64,000 nucleotides of DNA from Opitutaceae bacterium (GCA_051252375.1 JBPOFY010000004.1:1-64000), one strand, 5' to 3'. Numbered from the stretch's first letter, positions 51,013 to 60,916 are shown. Notes: generated from the sequence alone by a model not told the origin. Program-made: numbers and translations.

Positions 51013-51915
51013 TTATTTATCTCGGACCTGCTCTAGGCGTTTGCGCGTCGCATTCAACCCAGCGTAGCCACCGTATTCGATGCCACAGTGACCGCGAAAT
51101 CCAGTTTCAGTCACCAGTTTCAGCATGCGCTCAAAATCCATCGGCGATTGCTGACCTTTATCGTCCCAAACCTTGTCTTTGATCGACACTCCTTTAGCCC
51201 ACTGCATGAGCTTCTTTACGCCCCGATACGAATCGTAGGATTCACCATTCGCGATGCGAAAATTTCCCGTATCCGGCAAGGTGCCGCAGTTTGGGTGGTT
51301 CACTCGCGTCATGACTTCCGCCAGCCAATCGGCGTTACTGGAAAGACCGCCGTGATTCTCAACGATTACGTTCAAGCCCATTGCCGCGCCGTGCACGGTG
51401 AGTCGGGAAAGTCCGTCCGCCGCGAGCTCGACCTGACGTTCCCAACTGCCGGAGCTGCGCGCGTTGACGCGTATGGAATGGCAGCCAAGAAACTTAGCCG
51501 CATCGAGCCACTTGCGGTGGTTCTCGATGGTTTGGGCGCGCTTCTTTTCATCGGGGTCGCCGATGCTGCCCTCACGATCGCACATGATGATTAGATTGCG
51601 GACGCCATGATCGGTCGCACGCTTTTTCATTTCGGCGAGGTATTTCACGTCCTTCGCTTTATCCATAAAGAACTGGTTCACATATTCAACCGCATAGATT
51701 TTGTGATCCGCGGCGACTTTGGCGAAGTCCAAGTGATCAATCTTTCCGGAGAACAACTCACGTTGAATCGTCCATTGCGCGAGTGAGATTTCAAACAGGG
51801 GCGACGCTTTCTCCTGAGCAATCAAGCGCGGCAATAAGCCCAAGCTTCCGGCAGCGATGCCAGCTTGCAAAATGAATTGGCGACGTGGAATCGCGAGAAC
51901 CGAAGAAGTCTTCAT
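51013..51915 (-). CDS. Tat-exported sugar phosphate isomerase/epimerase (xylose-isomerase-like TIM barrel)
   Basis: PRRQFI Tat motif; ISLAQW, AVEYVNQFF, GCHSIRVN, VIVENHGGLSS, GTLPDTGNF, GIEY. Confidence 0.9.
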   Translation of the reverse strand: MKTSSVLAIPRRQFILQAGIAAGSLGLLPRLIAQEKASPLFEISLAQWTIQRELFSGKIDHLDFAKVAADHKIYAVEYVNQFFMDKAKDVKYLAEMKKRATDHGVRNLIIMCDREGSIGDPDEKKRAQTIENHRKWLDAAKFLGCHSIRVNARSSGSWERQVELAADGLSRLTVHGAAMGLNVIVENHGGLSSNADWLAEVMTRVNHPNCGTLPDTGNFRIANGESYDSYRGVKKLMQWAKGVSIKDKVWDDKGQQSPMDFERMLKLVTETGFRGHCGIEYGGYAGLNATRKRLEQVRDK

Positions 51916-52022
51916 GGTGATGTAAGTTACATAGAATGACTCGTTTGCCAACGGCATACCGCATGCTCGAACCATTCCTGCTTGCGCGAGAACTGAATAC
52001 GTCCAAATAATAACATCGCTAT

Positions 52023-53120
52023 ATGAACCTCGTTAAAATTGCCCAACAATTCGAAGTCGCCGGGAAGCTGGCCAGCGTTCAACCAATCGGCAGCGGCAAT
52101 GTAAATGACACTTACCTCGCAGTGTTCCGGACGCACTTCTCAGAGGAGAAGATCATCGTTCAGCGGATAAATGGCCAGGTGTTTTCCAAGCCGGAATGGA
52201 TCATGGCCAACATACGCATTCTCACCAACCACTACCATGAACAATTACAGGTAGAGAGTGCCTCGGCCGACCGTATCTGGCAGTTGCCCCGCATCGTGCC
52301 CTGCCGTAACGGAGATGATTACTACGTGGATACTGAAGGCGGGCATTGGCGGGCGCTCACACTGATCGCTTCGGCAACTGCGCATGAGGTCGTCCAGAGC
52401 GAGCAACATGCGCATGAGGTCGGCAGCGTGCTCGGACAGTTCCATCGTCTGGTAGACGGGCTCAATGCATCAGAGCTCCACGACACACTACCTGGCTTTC
52501 ACATTACCCCAGGCTATCTTGAACAATACGATCAAGTCTCCCGATCGGATCAGGTCAAACAGTCGACAGATGTGGAGCAACTGCAGCACTTCATCGAAGA
52601 ACGCCGCGAGCTGGCCTACGTGCTGAAGAATGCCTTGGAAGCCGGTGAACTGAAGCTGCGGTTGATTCATGGTGACCCCAAAGTAAGTAACATCATGATC
52701 GACAACGACAGCGGCAAAGGCACCGCGATCATCGATCTGGATACCGTTAAGCCCGGACTGATTCATTACGACTTTGGCGATGCACTGCGTTCGATTTGCA
52801 ATCCCATGGGAGAGGACTGCAAGAACCTAGAAGGGGTCGTCTTCGACCTGGATTTATGCCAGGCATTCGTGCGCGGCTACATGCAGTTTGCCGGCAGCTT
52901 TTTAACAGAGAACGACAACAAGTATTTCTATGACTCCGTCCGCCTGATCACCTTCGAACTGGGCCTACGATTCTTCCAAGACTACCTCGCTGGAGACGTC
53001 TACTTTAGGACCACGCACCCTGAGCATAATTTGGAACGAGCTAAAGTTCAGTTCAAACTTTGCGAAAGCATTGAGCATCGCGAAAACCAGATCCGAGAAA
53101 TTTTCGATCAAGCGAAATAA
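52023..53120 (+). CDS. APH-family kinase, N-acetylhexosamine 1-kinase-like
   Basis: GSGNVNDTY, QRIN..VF..P, L.DTLPGFH.TP, HGDPKVSNI, IIDLDTVKPG, YDFGD..RS, RFFQDYL.GD.YF. Confidence 0.85.
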   Translation: MNLVKIAQQFEVAGKLASVQPIGSGNVNDTYLAVFRTHFSEEKIIVQRINGQVFSKPEWIMANIRILTNHYHEQLQVESASADRIWQLPRIVPCRNGDDYYVDTEGGHWRALTLIASATAHEVVQSEQHAHEVGSVLGQFHRLVDGLNASELHDTLPGFHITPGYLEQYDQVSRSDQVKQSTDVEQLQHFIEERRELAYVLKNALEAGELKLRLIHGDPKVSNIMIDNDSGKGTAIIDLDTVKPGLIHYDFGDALRSICNPMGEDCKNLEGVVFDLDLCQAFVRGYMQFAGSFLTENDNKYFYDSVRLITFELGLRFFQDYLAGDVYFRTTHPEHNLERAKVQFKLCESIEHRENQIREIFDQAK

Positions 53121-53153
53121 CTCGCCTCTAGTAAATGATCGATAGACTTTTTT

Positions 53154-53393
53154 CAACACCTCCAAACCTCCAAACCTCAACACCTCAACACTTCCAAACT
53201 TCAACACCTCCAAACCTCAACACCTCAACACTTCCAAACTTCAACACCTCAACACTTCCAAACTTCAACACCTCCAAACTTCCAAACTTCCAAACCTCAA
53301 CACCTCCAAACCTCTCCACCTCCAAACCTCAACACCTCAACACCTCAACACTTCCAAACCTCAACACTTCCAAACCTCTCCACCTCCAAACTT
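53154..53393. repeat. Tandem array of 30 degenerate 8-mers (caacacct, ccaaacct, caacactt, ccaaactt, ctccacct)
   Basis: Exact 8-nt phase over 240 bp, no G on the + strand; ends 7 nt before the next ATG. Confidence 0.97.
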
Positions 53394-53400
53394 GATACCT

Positions 53401-54939
53401 ATGTTTCGTATATTCCACCTATTGATTCTCTCACTCGCTATAACTTGCTTCTCATCTGCCGCGGATAAAAAGGAACGCTCCAAGTCCGACAGCGAAGAGA
53501 CAGAAATGTCCAAGGAGGAGGCGTCCGAAAAGGAATCGCCTGCCTACGAACCGAAAGTCAGCGAGGGCGAAGCAAGAATCGGTGGCAGCAAAGTCAAATA
53601 CACGACAAAGACAGGGATGATGCCCATCCTGGATGATGATGGTGAAGTGAAAGCTGAAGTGTTCTTCGTCTACTACGCGGCGGAATCCAAAGACAGCATC
53701 GCTCGCCCCGTCACCTTTTGCTTCAATGGTGGCCCGGGGTCGTCAGCAGTCTGGCTACACCTCGGCGGCTTGGGTCCCAAAAGAGTCGATACCCTACTTG
53801 ATGGCCGCAGGCCCGAAGCGATCGCACCGATTGTCGATAATGCAGACTCGATCCTAGACGCGACCGACCTCGTGTTCATCGACCCAGTGCAAACAGGACT
53901 CAGCCGTGCCGTCGAGGACGAGGAAGCGGATCAGTTTCACGGCGTAGATGAAGACATCGAATCCGTCTCCGAATTCATCCGTCAATTTTGCTCACAAGAA
54001 GAACGCTGGGCGTCTCCAAAGTTTCTCTGCGGAGAAAGCTATGGCGGTATTCGCGCTGCGGGTCTGGCGGACCACCTGCAGCAGAAGCACGGCATTTATA
54101 TGAACGGCATTCTGATCGTTTCCGGCTTGCTCAACTACCAGACACTCATGCCACATATCGGCAACGACCTCCCCTTCATTTTGTATCTACCAGCTTACAC
54201 CGCCACAGCACATTACCACAAGAAGCTGTCGCCTGAATTACAAAAGGATTTTGACGCAACCATGCAGCAGTCGCGCGACTTCGCGTTTGGCGACTACTCA
54301 CTTGCCTTACTGAAGGGCACCACCCTGTCCGATACCGAACGGACCGAGATCGCACAACGCCTCTCCGAGTTGACCGGAATCGACGCCGATGTAATCGACG
54401 ATCATGACCTGCGCATCCGCCGCTGGTTATTCCGCCGTATGTTGCTAAAGGAAGAGGGTCTCATTCTGGGCGGATACGACGCGCGTGTTGTCGGCGATGA
54501 CGGCGTGAAGACACAGACGCCGCCCGAGTTCGACCCATCGGCCTCTTTTGTAAAGGGCGCAGTCTCCGCAGCGATCAATCACTACGTGCGCAGCACGCTC
54601 GGATATGAAAGCGATCATCCTTACAACGTCATGGCCCGACTCAAATGGCGTTTTGCACCTTTCACTAATCGCTACGTTTCGATGGAAGAGCGTCTAGCCA
54701 GTGCCATGAAAGAAAACCCAGCGATGCAAATCCTGATTATGGTTGGTCTGCGCGACATCGTCGTATCGGAAGATGCCATGCGCTACAGCATCGACCATCT
54801 GCCCATTCCGGATTCGCTTCGCTCGAACATCAAATTCGTCCAATACCAGAGCGGACACATGATGTATTTCGAAAAAGAGGATGCGCAGAAATTCAGAACA
54901 GATGCACTCGAGTTTATAAAGAACTGCCTGCCTCAGTAG
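53401..54939 (+). CDS. Serine carboxypeptidase, peptidase S10 family
   Basis: RPVTFCFNGGPGSS.VWLH.GGLGP, DLVFIDPV.TG.S, GESYGG.R, SGHMMY. Confidence 0.93.
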   Translation: MFRIFHLLILSLAITCFSSAADKKERSKSDSEETEMSKEEASEKESPAYEPKVSEGEARIGGSKVKYTTKTGMMPILDDDGEVKAEVFFVYYAAESKDSIARPVTFCFNGGPGSSAVWLHLGGLGPKRVDTLLDGRRPEAIAPIVDNADSILDATDLVFIDPVQTGLSRAVEDEEADQFHGVDEDIESVSEFIRQFCSQEERWASPKFLCGESYGGIRAAGLADHLQQKHGIYMNGILIVSGLLNYQTLMPHIGNDLPFILYLPAYTATAHYHKKLSPELQKDFDATMQQSRDFAFGDYSLALLKGTTLSDTERTEIAQRLSELTGIDADVIDDHDLRIRRWLFRRMLLKEEGLILGGYDARVVGDDGVKTQTPPEFDPSASFVKGAVSAAINHYVRSTLGYESDHPYNVMARLKWRFAPFTNRYVSMEERLASAMKENPAMQILIMVGLRDIVVSEDAMRYSIDHLPIPDSLRSNIKFVQYQSGHMMYFEKEDAQKFRTDALEFIKNCLPQ

Positions 54940-55003
54940 CCAAGACAATGCGCGACTCTGCCAGTTGACTTGATCGTCGTTCTACACTAGGCATGTCGTC
55001 GAA

Positions 55004-55654
55004 ATGCACGAAAAAATACCCCTATTTTCGAAGCTTCTCTGCATAGGCTTGCTTGCTGGCGCTCAGGCCAGAGCAGAGACGATTTACTACGCTTTCGATA
55101 ATGTCTTTTTCCAGAAGGAAGGCACACCGCTGAATCTAGCGCAAATGCACGGCTACTTCAGTTGGACCTATACTGCGGGTGACTTCGAGAACGGCACTGG
55201 CACATTAATCTACGTCGACATCCCAGGAACCGTCCACGGGGTCGAGGATCTGATTGTCACAATCGAAACCGGAGGGCTTGAGATTTCATTGGATGGGAGC
55301 TTCCATGATGATGGGGTCGATGTTTCGCTCAAGTTCTTGACCGACCTCTCCCCCTCTGCCCCCAGTGCAATTGATACGGATCCAGAGAGCAGCAAGTTCG
55401 ACATCGGCGGGAATGGCTTTTACCGAGGCACCATCTATAGCGGAAGTGTGCAGCCATTTGAATTTTCGATTTCGATCTCTCAGCCGACCGCCACATCGGT
55501 GCAGGTCAATTATACACCCGACTATTCGTGGTGCGTGCTACGAGAGTCCGAAGCACTCACACCTAGCAATTGGAGCGATGCCGCGACAGGCAACCCACTG
55601 GACGTCAGTATAAGCGGCCAGCCGAAAATGTTCTACCAGCTAACAACACCTTAG
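55004..55654 (+). CDS. Small secreted protein with C-terminal putative sorting domain
   Basis: Signal peptide (ARA cleavage); ends VLRESEALTPSNW...KMFYQLTTP. Confidence 0.78.
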   Translation: MHEKIPLFSKLLCIGLLAGAQARAETIYYAFDNVFFQKEGTPLNLAQMHGYFSWTYTAGDFENGTGTLIYVDIPGTVHGVEDLIVTIETGGLEISLDGSFHDDGVDVSLKFLTDLSPSAPSAIDTDPESSKFDIGGNGFYRGTIYSGSVQPFEFSISISQPTATSVQVNYTPDYSWCVLRESEALTPSNWSDAATGNPLDVSISGQPKMFYQLTTP

Positions 55655-55867
55655 TCTCCAACAGTGTAATTAAAAAAGGAACCACTACCCCGTCAGAAAT
55701 CCGACGAAATCAAGCAAGGACAGAACATTGTGTATAAGCCCAGAGAGAAGCACTTGAGCGATCTCTGGTTATCCATGATCCGACAAGCTGGTGTCGAACA
55801 GGATACATTTGCCAACAGCACCGGAGTCCTGACCGAAATGGGATTTAGTTGATCCGCTGCTCGCTTC

Positions 55868-57397
55868 CTATCTCGCAAAAAGAACGGTTCCGAACCCGAA
55901 GTGGTCGCCTTTAAACCCGGGACCTTCTGGACGCATCTTCTTCACTACCTGCTCGGTGAAGGGGCACTCGAGCCCCTTCCGAACTTTGTAATGGTAATAC
56001 ACCATCTCAAAGATGGGCCGCCGGCTGAAATCGCCACGCCCTTCTTCCGAGATGGATTTATGATGATACTTGCCAGTGGTGTCGGTGGTTTCCTCAAAAG
56101 AGACCTCATTTCCCAAATTATAGGATGCCGTGTATTCAAACCCAGCGAGGATGCGATTATCTTCCGCACCATAGAGATCGAGTCCTTGATTCCAGCCGAT
56201 TTCAGCGACTACGGAAAGGTAACCAAGACCAAGCATGGTGTGCTGCTGGTCGCGCCCGCTTTCCTGGCATTGACCGTCTTCATTGATCACATAGTGCGTG
56301 AGACGCGCATTATCTTTACCGCGATGAAACCACTTAACCGCTCGGTCAAACATGACCTGATCATCGGTAAAAACCGCAATCGCCATCACCGTTTGCAAGG
56401 CGGCAAGCGCCCAGTTGCCGTTGGCAAAATCTGCCATATCTTTACACACGGGATAATAGACATCCTTGAACATGTCCTCCGCTTTAAGGATGTCCCTTTG
56501 GGACCAACCAGAATTCGTGTGGCGCAATATCTCCGCTGCTGCGACAAACTTTACTCCGGAAATACCCGCAGAGAGAATCGCATCGCGCCCAGTGATTTTT
56601 TCTAATTTCCCAGACCATGCATTAATGATTTCAATTGCTTTCTTTGCATGCGCTTTTTCACCGGTGATGGTCCACATCATGGCGTTCTGATAGGCCGCAT
56701 TCGCATCACTCTCGTGCTCCGACGAACGCACGCTCGGCTTGCGACCAGTCTCCTCAAAACCGCCTCGAACCTCGTAGTCGCTCGACGACTGCGAGTGATC
56801 CCTCAACGCCTCGAAACCTGACGCCCAAGGCTCTGCCCCCGCGGCGACCTGCTGGCGCATGCGGAGAAGATCTTCTTCACGGTGCAAAATCCCAGGATGA
56901 ATGAACCCCTGTGTTGAGCTCCTGCTTGGAAAGCCTGAGACGTCCGCTCTCTGCGTGGTGGCTTCCTTGCTCTTTTGCTCGTAAAGATACTTGGCAAAAG
57001 ATTGATCAGTTTCTGTCAGTAAATTTACAGCGAGCGTGATCTCACGTAACTCCGATTTCCTGACTACCCGCAAACTATCTTCGGCAACGTCGATAACTTC
57101 GACGACAATTTGCCTGCCTTTGGTATCTGTTAGCGTAATGAACCGCTGTTTCGCTCGTTCTTCAAAGGGAATACTAGTGACTACTGGCGCAACCGTTTCT
57201 TCAGGCTGCTCAACTGGCACGACGGGAACCATGACTTCCACTGGTTGCACAGGTGGGGCAACGTCCTCAACCACTGTGACTGGAGGCGCCGGTTCCTCAG
57301 AAATGATAACGGGAGTTTCCTTTTGCCTCAGAATAGACACCAGAATTATGCCGATTACAGCAAATAGAATAAGAGCGAACAGTTGGACTTTTTTCAC
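55868..57397 (-). CDS. Membrane-anchored SHD1-like domain + alginate-lyase-family (alpha/alpha toroid) protein
   Basis: TM + P/V/E linker + LTDTKGR..LLTETDQ; FIHPGILH, AAYQNA..W, AAAEILR, NGNW, GQCQESGRDQQH, WNQG.DLY. Confidence 0.85.
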   Translation of the reverse strand: MKKVQLFALILFAVIGIILVSILRQKETPVIISEEPAPPVTVVEDVAPPVQPVEVMVPVVPVEQPEETVAPVVTSIPFEERAKQRFITLTDTKGRQIVVEVIDVAEDSLRVVRKSELREITLAVNLLTETDQSFAKYLYEQKSKEATTQRADVSGFPSRSSTQGFIHPGILHREEDLLRMRQQVAAGAEPWASGFEALRDHSQSSSDYEVRGGFEETGRKPSVRSSEHESDANAAYQNAMMWTITGEKAHAKKAIEIINAWSGKLEKITGRDAILSAGISGVKFVAAAEILRHTNSGWSQRDILKAEDMFKDVYYPVCKDMADFANGNWALAALQTVMAIAVFTDDQVMFDRAVKWFHRGKDNARLTHYVINEDGQCQESGRDQQHTMLGLGYLSVVAEIGWNQGLDLYGAEDNRILAGFEYTASYNLGNEVSFEETTDTTGKYHHKSISEEGRGDFSRRPIFEMVYYHYKVRKGLECPFTEQVVKKMRPEGPGFKGDHFGFGTVLFAR

Positions 57398-57570
57398 GGT
57401 AAATACAGGAGATCAAAAACGGATATGGGAGATGATATAGTAAATAGTCATCACCAAACAGGCACTGCAAGCCAAGTCATCTTTTACAAAGTAAGGCAGC
57501 AAACAGAGGGAGAAACCTTCTCACGGTCTCAGAAATACTGAGAGACTCCGCCCATGAGTATTATGCGAAC

Positions 57571-60123
57571 CTAGTTGCCCTGCGCTTTGACGCGGACAAA
57601 TTTCTGATCCGTATTCATCGGCACAGTGACGGTGACCGTTTCGACTTCGCCGTCGTCATCCGTGACTTCCTCGGTCAAACCATCGGTGTCCCAACTTAAT
57701 GGGGTCAAGTCGGGCGACCACTGCGCAAAAACATTGAACCCCGTCGACTTGCGACGTGTGTAGTCGATGCTCATCTCTACTAGGTCGTGAGTCATCTCCT
57801 TCATTGGCGAGTCCATCGTCAGTGGGTCCGTGCCAAAAATCCATTCACCCTCGTTGTCCCAGTCATCCATATCCGGGTTGCCAGTGAAGGATGTATCCGT
57901 GCCACTTGGCGCAGCGGCAAATGCGGCCGCCTCCCAATTTGCATACGATATGACTGGCAATTCATCGATGCAGATGTTGTCGACGGCGGGGTCGGCGGCA
58001 TTCCAGCGTGTGTTTCCGGTGCGGAAGCGCAGCTTCACATTGCTCAGGCCCGCATAGGCGGAAAGGTCAACCAGCGCGGTGGACCATGGATCAGCACTGC
58101 TGGAATGTTGCTGATTATCCTTAAACCAAACGGCGGTCGTCCAGCTAGTCCCATTGTAAACATCGAGCGCCAGATAGTCGATATACGCACCGAACATATG
58201 GTAGTCGAATTGTATCGCCGGAGCACTCAGCGCGCTAAAATCAAAACTGGCTTCGATCGATGCAGTGCCGTCGCGCCCTTGCCCCTGGTGCCCTTCGGCG
58301 TAAAGATAGTAAGTTCCATCGGAGGCACCGCTCGGGCCGGCGGAGTTATCTTCTATACCAGACGGTGTAGCGCCGCTGTGCACCATCCAATCATAATCAT
58401 CACCAGCCGATTGCACCCAGTCGCCGATGCCATTTTCAAAGCTTTCTTTGTAGGGCGGTGCTACGTAAACGATCGTAGTCGTCGCAGATGCGGATGCGGA
58501 TGCGCCGGTGACATTGGCGTTCGCGGACTTGTCGCGCGCCATGACTGTGTAGCTGTAAGTGGCTCCTTCAGTCAGTCCGGAATCAATATAGATCGTGCTA
58601 TCTTGCCAGCCACTGTCATGTGAGCCGTCACCGATAGTGGTGTTGGTAAAATAATATTCCACCTCATGCGGGTCGGAGGCTGCGGCAGCCTCCATCGTGA
58701 TCGCGCCCGAGCTAGTCGAGGCTGGCACTGCAGACCAAGTCATTGGATCGGGGCTGGGGACTTCGAGGTCGAACTCTGCCCAGACGGCGTCGTGGTCGGA
58801 AATATTGCTACCCGAGGCACCCGTTGAATACACGCCGGAATTTTCGAAATCGAACATCGCAGCCACGTGATCGACCCAATCAGACTGTTTATCAACTAGG
58901 TCCGGCATGAGGGTGTCGACCAACGTGCCGTTGATATTGAAGTCACCGAGTGCCACGATTCTGCCGCGCTCGGAAAGCGCCTGAGAGTCGATGCGATCGA
59001 GGATGAAATCGCGAAAGTTTTCCATGCCGGCATATTCGGAACTATTGACACCAGTGCCGTCGTTAGGATCAGGGTCGTGTGTATTGTGGTAGTGAAAAAT
59101 ATGGACCAATTCCCCGCCGACCTGAATCTGCACATGTTGACCATATCGTTTCCATTTGTCGTAAGTGGGGTCAGTGTTTACCAATTCATTATACGGGCTG
59201 ACAATCGGGTGTTTTGAGAGCACTGCGATTGATGTATATTTGGGAAAGCCTGACGTCGTCGAATTGATCGTCTGATAGGTATAAGGATATTCAGACAGTA
59301 TCCCTTTGATGTCATCCCACCAGCCGTTTTGAAAGTCTACTTCTTGAAAGCAGAGCACATCTTCGCCTTGCAAATGGTTATCGCGAAAATCGATGATATT
59401 TTGCCTAACGTATGTGCTATCAGTCGCGTTTTTGCCGCCGTGGATGTTATACGTCACTACCGCAAAGTCCGCGTAATCCCCAAGGATCGCGATGTTATCC
59501 AGCGCCATCGCCTGATTGTTGACGTTGGCGGTATCGGCCTGAAAGCGGAAGGTCGCCGTTTGACTAGGTCCGAGGATTTGGTCTTCGAGTATGCTTAGAT
59601 CGAGTTCCATATCCTCGTAATCAGATACGAGGCCAAGTCCGTTGAGAATTGACTCCCAGCGGACCAACAACGTTTCGTCTGGATCGGAAAGACCACCGCT
59701 CTGATAGTAGATACTTAGATTGCGCGGTGAGTTGCCATTCACACTGGCGAAATCGAAGAGCACTTTGCTGAGGTGAATATTTCGTGTAGAGCCGTTCGTG
59801 ATGGTAAAGTAAACTTTGTCTTTATCGACTCGGATACTCATGGCTCCATCGGTTGCGGTGCTGCCTACGGCTTCGGTCGGCCCATAAGTTCCATCTGTTG
59901 AGCCCCAAGTATCGCGGGCACCATCACCGCCGTAGAGCTTTCCTGTCACATTTTTAACCTCGCCCACGGAGTCTTTGGCGGAATTCAAGAAGCGGTGCGC
60001 CTGAAACGCGGAAGAGAAATCATACCAGCCAGTCAACACCACATCGTCTGCACACAGCGCAAGAGTCTGGAGTAAACAAAGGGGGGCGAGCAACAATCTG
60101 GCTGGGGAGACTAAAGACTTCAT
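57571..60123 (-). CDS. Secreted endonuclease/exonuclease/phosphatase (EEP) protein with FN3-like and MAM domains and C-terminal putative sorting domain
   Basis: VTYNIHG, DVLCFQEVD, ALGDFN, SDHDAV; DSGL..G.TYSYTV.ARD; MAM-like ESFENG..DW, G.TPS..GP, FDYHMFG; ends WSPDL...W..KFVRV. Confidence 0.88.
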   Translation of the reverse strand: MKSLVSPARLLLAPLCLLQTLALCADDVVLTGWYDFSSAFQAHRFLNSAKDSVGEVKNVTGKLYGGDGARDTWGSTDGTYGPTEAVGSTATDGAMSIRVDKDKVYFTITNGSTRNIHLSKVLFDFASVNGNSPRNLSIYYQSGGLSDPDETLLVRWESILNGLGLVSDYEDMELDLSILEDQILGPSQTATFRFQADTANVNNQAMALDNIAILGDYADFAVVTYNIHGGKNATDSTYVRQNIIDFRDNHLQGEDVLCFQEVDFQNGWWDDIKGILSEYPYTYQTINSTTSGFPKYTSIAVLSKHPIVSPYNELVNTDPTYDKWKRYGQHVQIQVGGELVHIFHYHNTHDPDPNDGTGVNSSEYAGMENFRDFILDRIDSQALSERGRIVALGDFNINGTLVDTLMPDLVDKQSDWVDHVAAMFDFENSGVYSTGASGSNISDHDAVWAEFDLEVPSPDPMTWSAVPASTSSGAITMEAAAASDPHEVEYYFTNTTIGDGSHDSGWQDSTIYIDSGLTEGATYSYTVMARDKSANANVTGASASASATTTIVYVAPPYKESFENGIGDWVQSAGDDYDWMVHSGATPSGIEDNSAGPSGASDGTYYLYAEGHQGQGRDGTASIEASFDFSALSAPAIQFDYHMFGAYIDYLALDVYNGTSWTTAVWFKDNQQHSSSADPWSTALVDLSAYAGLSNVKLRFRTGNTRWNAADPAVDNICIDELPVISYANWEAAAFAAAPSGTDTSFTGNPDMDDWDNEGEWIFGTDPLTMDSPMKEMTHDLVEMSIDYTRRKSTGFNVFAQWSPDLTPLSWDTDGLTEEVTDDDGEVETVTVTVPMNTDQKFVRVKAQGN

Positions 60124-60427
60124 AGGGATATTATATTTTATTACGCTAGCTCGATGCCTGCAGAATTAGGGATGCATGAGGGCAAAGGGCTTGATACCGC
60201 GAAAAGTGGGTTCCTTTAAGACAACCTTAAACCCTCTTTAAGTCAAACCATGAGAATTTGCAAGTGGTTCGGCGACATGGACCGGATTTATACAAAAAAG
60301 CGAGAACCAGCCATCAATAATTCCCTGCGCTTCTTACGCCAATTAGCGACTGAACTCAGTAGGAGTCGCCCGCTTAACAGGTTGCATTTTGGGTCTGTTT
60401 TTATAGTCTATAACTAGGAGGTATACA

Positions 60428-60916
60428 ATGAAACAGCCGGAAAAAATGACAATGGCTTCAACAGCCCTCATCGGTGGAATTGCCTTATTATGCAGTCTAC
60501 TGATTACATCGTGTAAACCAAAAGAAAACTCTCCAGTGGGATTCGTTCTGCCCCCAGGAGATGCGATGGTAGGACAAACCACCTTCGCGGTACTCGGGTG
60601 CATTCATTGCCATCAAGTGGATGGCGTCTCTTTCACTGCTCGTGGTGGTGAGATGGCACCGGACCTAATCGTCACAATCGGTGGCACGCAACCGAAAGCG
60701 AAAACCTACGGGCAATTGGTGACCGCTATCATACACCCCAATGCAGAAATCCTAAGAGGCGACACACGCTATGTAGATGCCAACGGAAAATCGCTAATGC
60801 CGGATTATACGCGGACCATGACCGTTCAACAAATGACAGATATCGTCACATTCCTACAGGAGCACTACGACATCGAATTACCCAACTACGATACGCAAAT
60901 CATCGGCTACCCTTAA
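60428..60916 (+). CDS. Monoheme cytochrome c lipoprotein
   Basis: Lipobox-like ITSC; GF.LP.GD..G..F, CIHCH, LVTAIIHP, S.MP.Y. Confidence 0.88.
   Translation: MKQPEKMTMASTALIGGIALLCSLLITSCKPKENSPVGFVLPPGDAMVGQTTFAVLGCIHCHQVDGVSFTARGGEMAPDLIVTIGGTQPKAKTYGQLVTAIIHPNAEILRGDTRYVDANGKSLMPDYTRTMTVQQMTDIVTFLQEHYDIELPNYDTQIIGYP

Noticed and set aside
53135..53395. 86-aa ORF (TSTPPNL repeats) and antisense ORF 52965-53213; also considered as a CRISPR array
   Set aside because: These are translations of the stop-free 8-mer array. There are no unique spacers and no cas genes.
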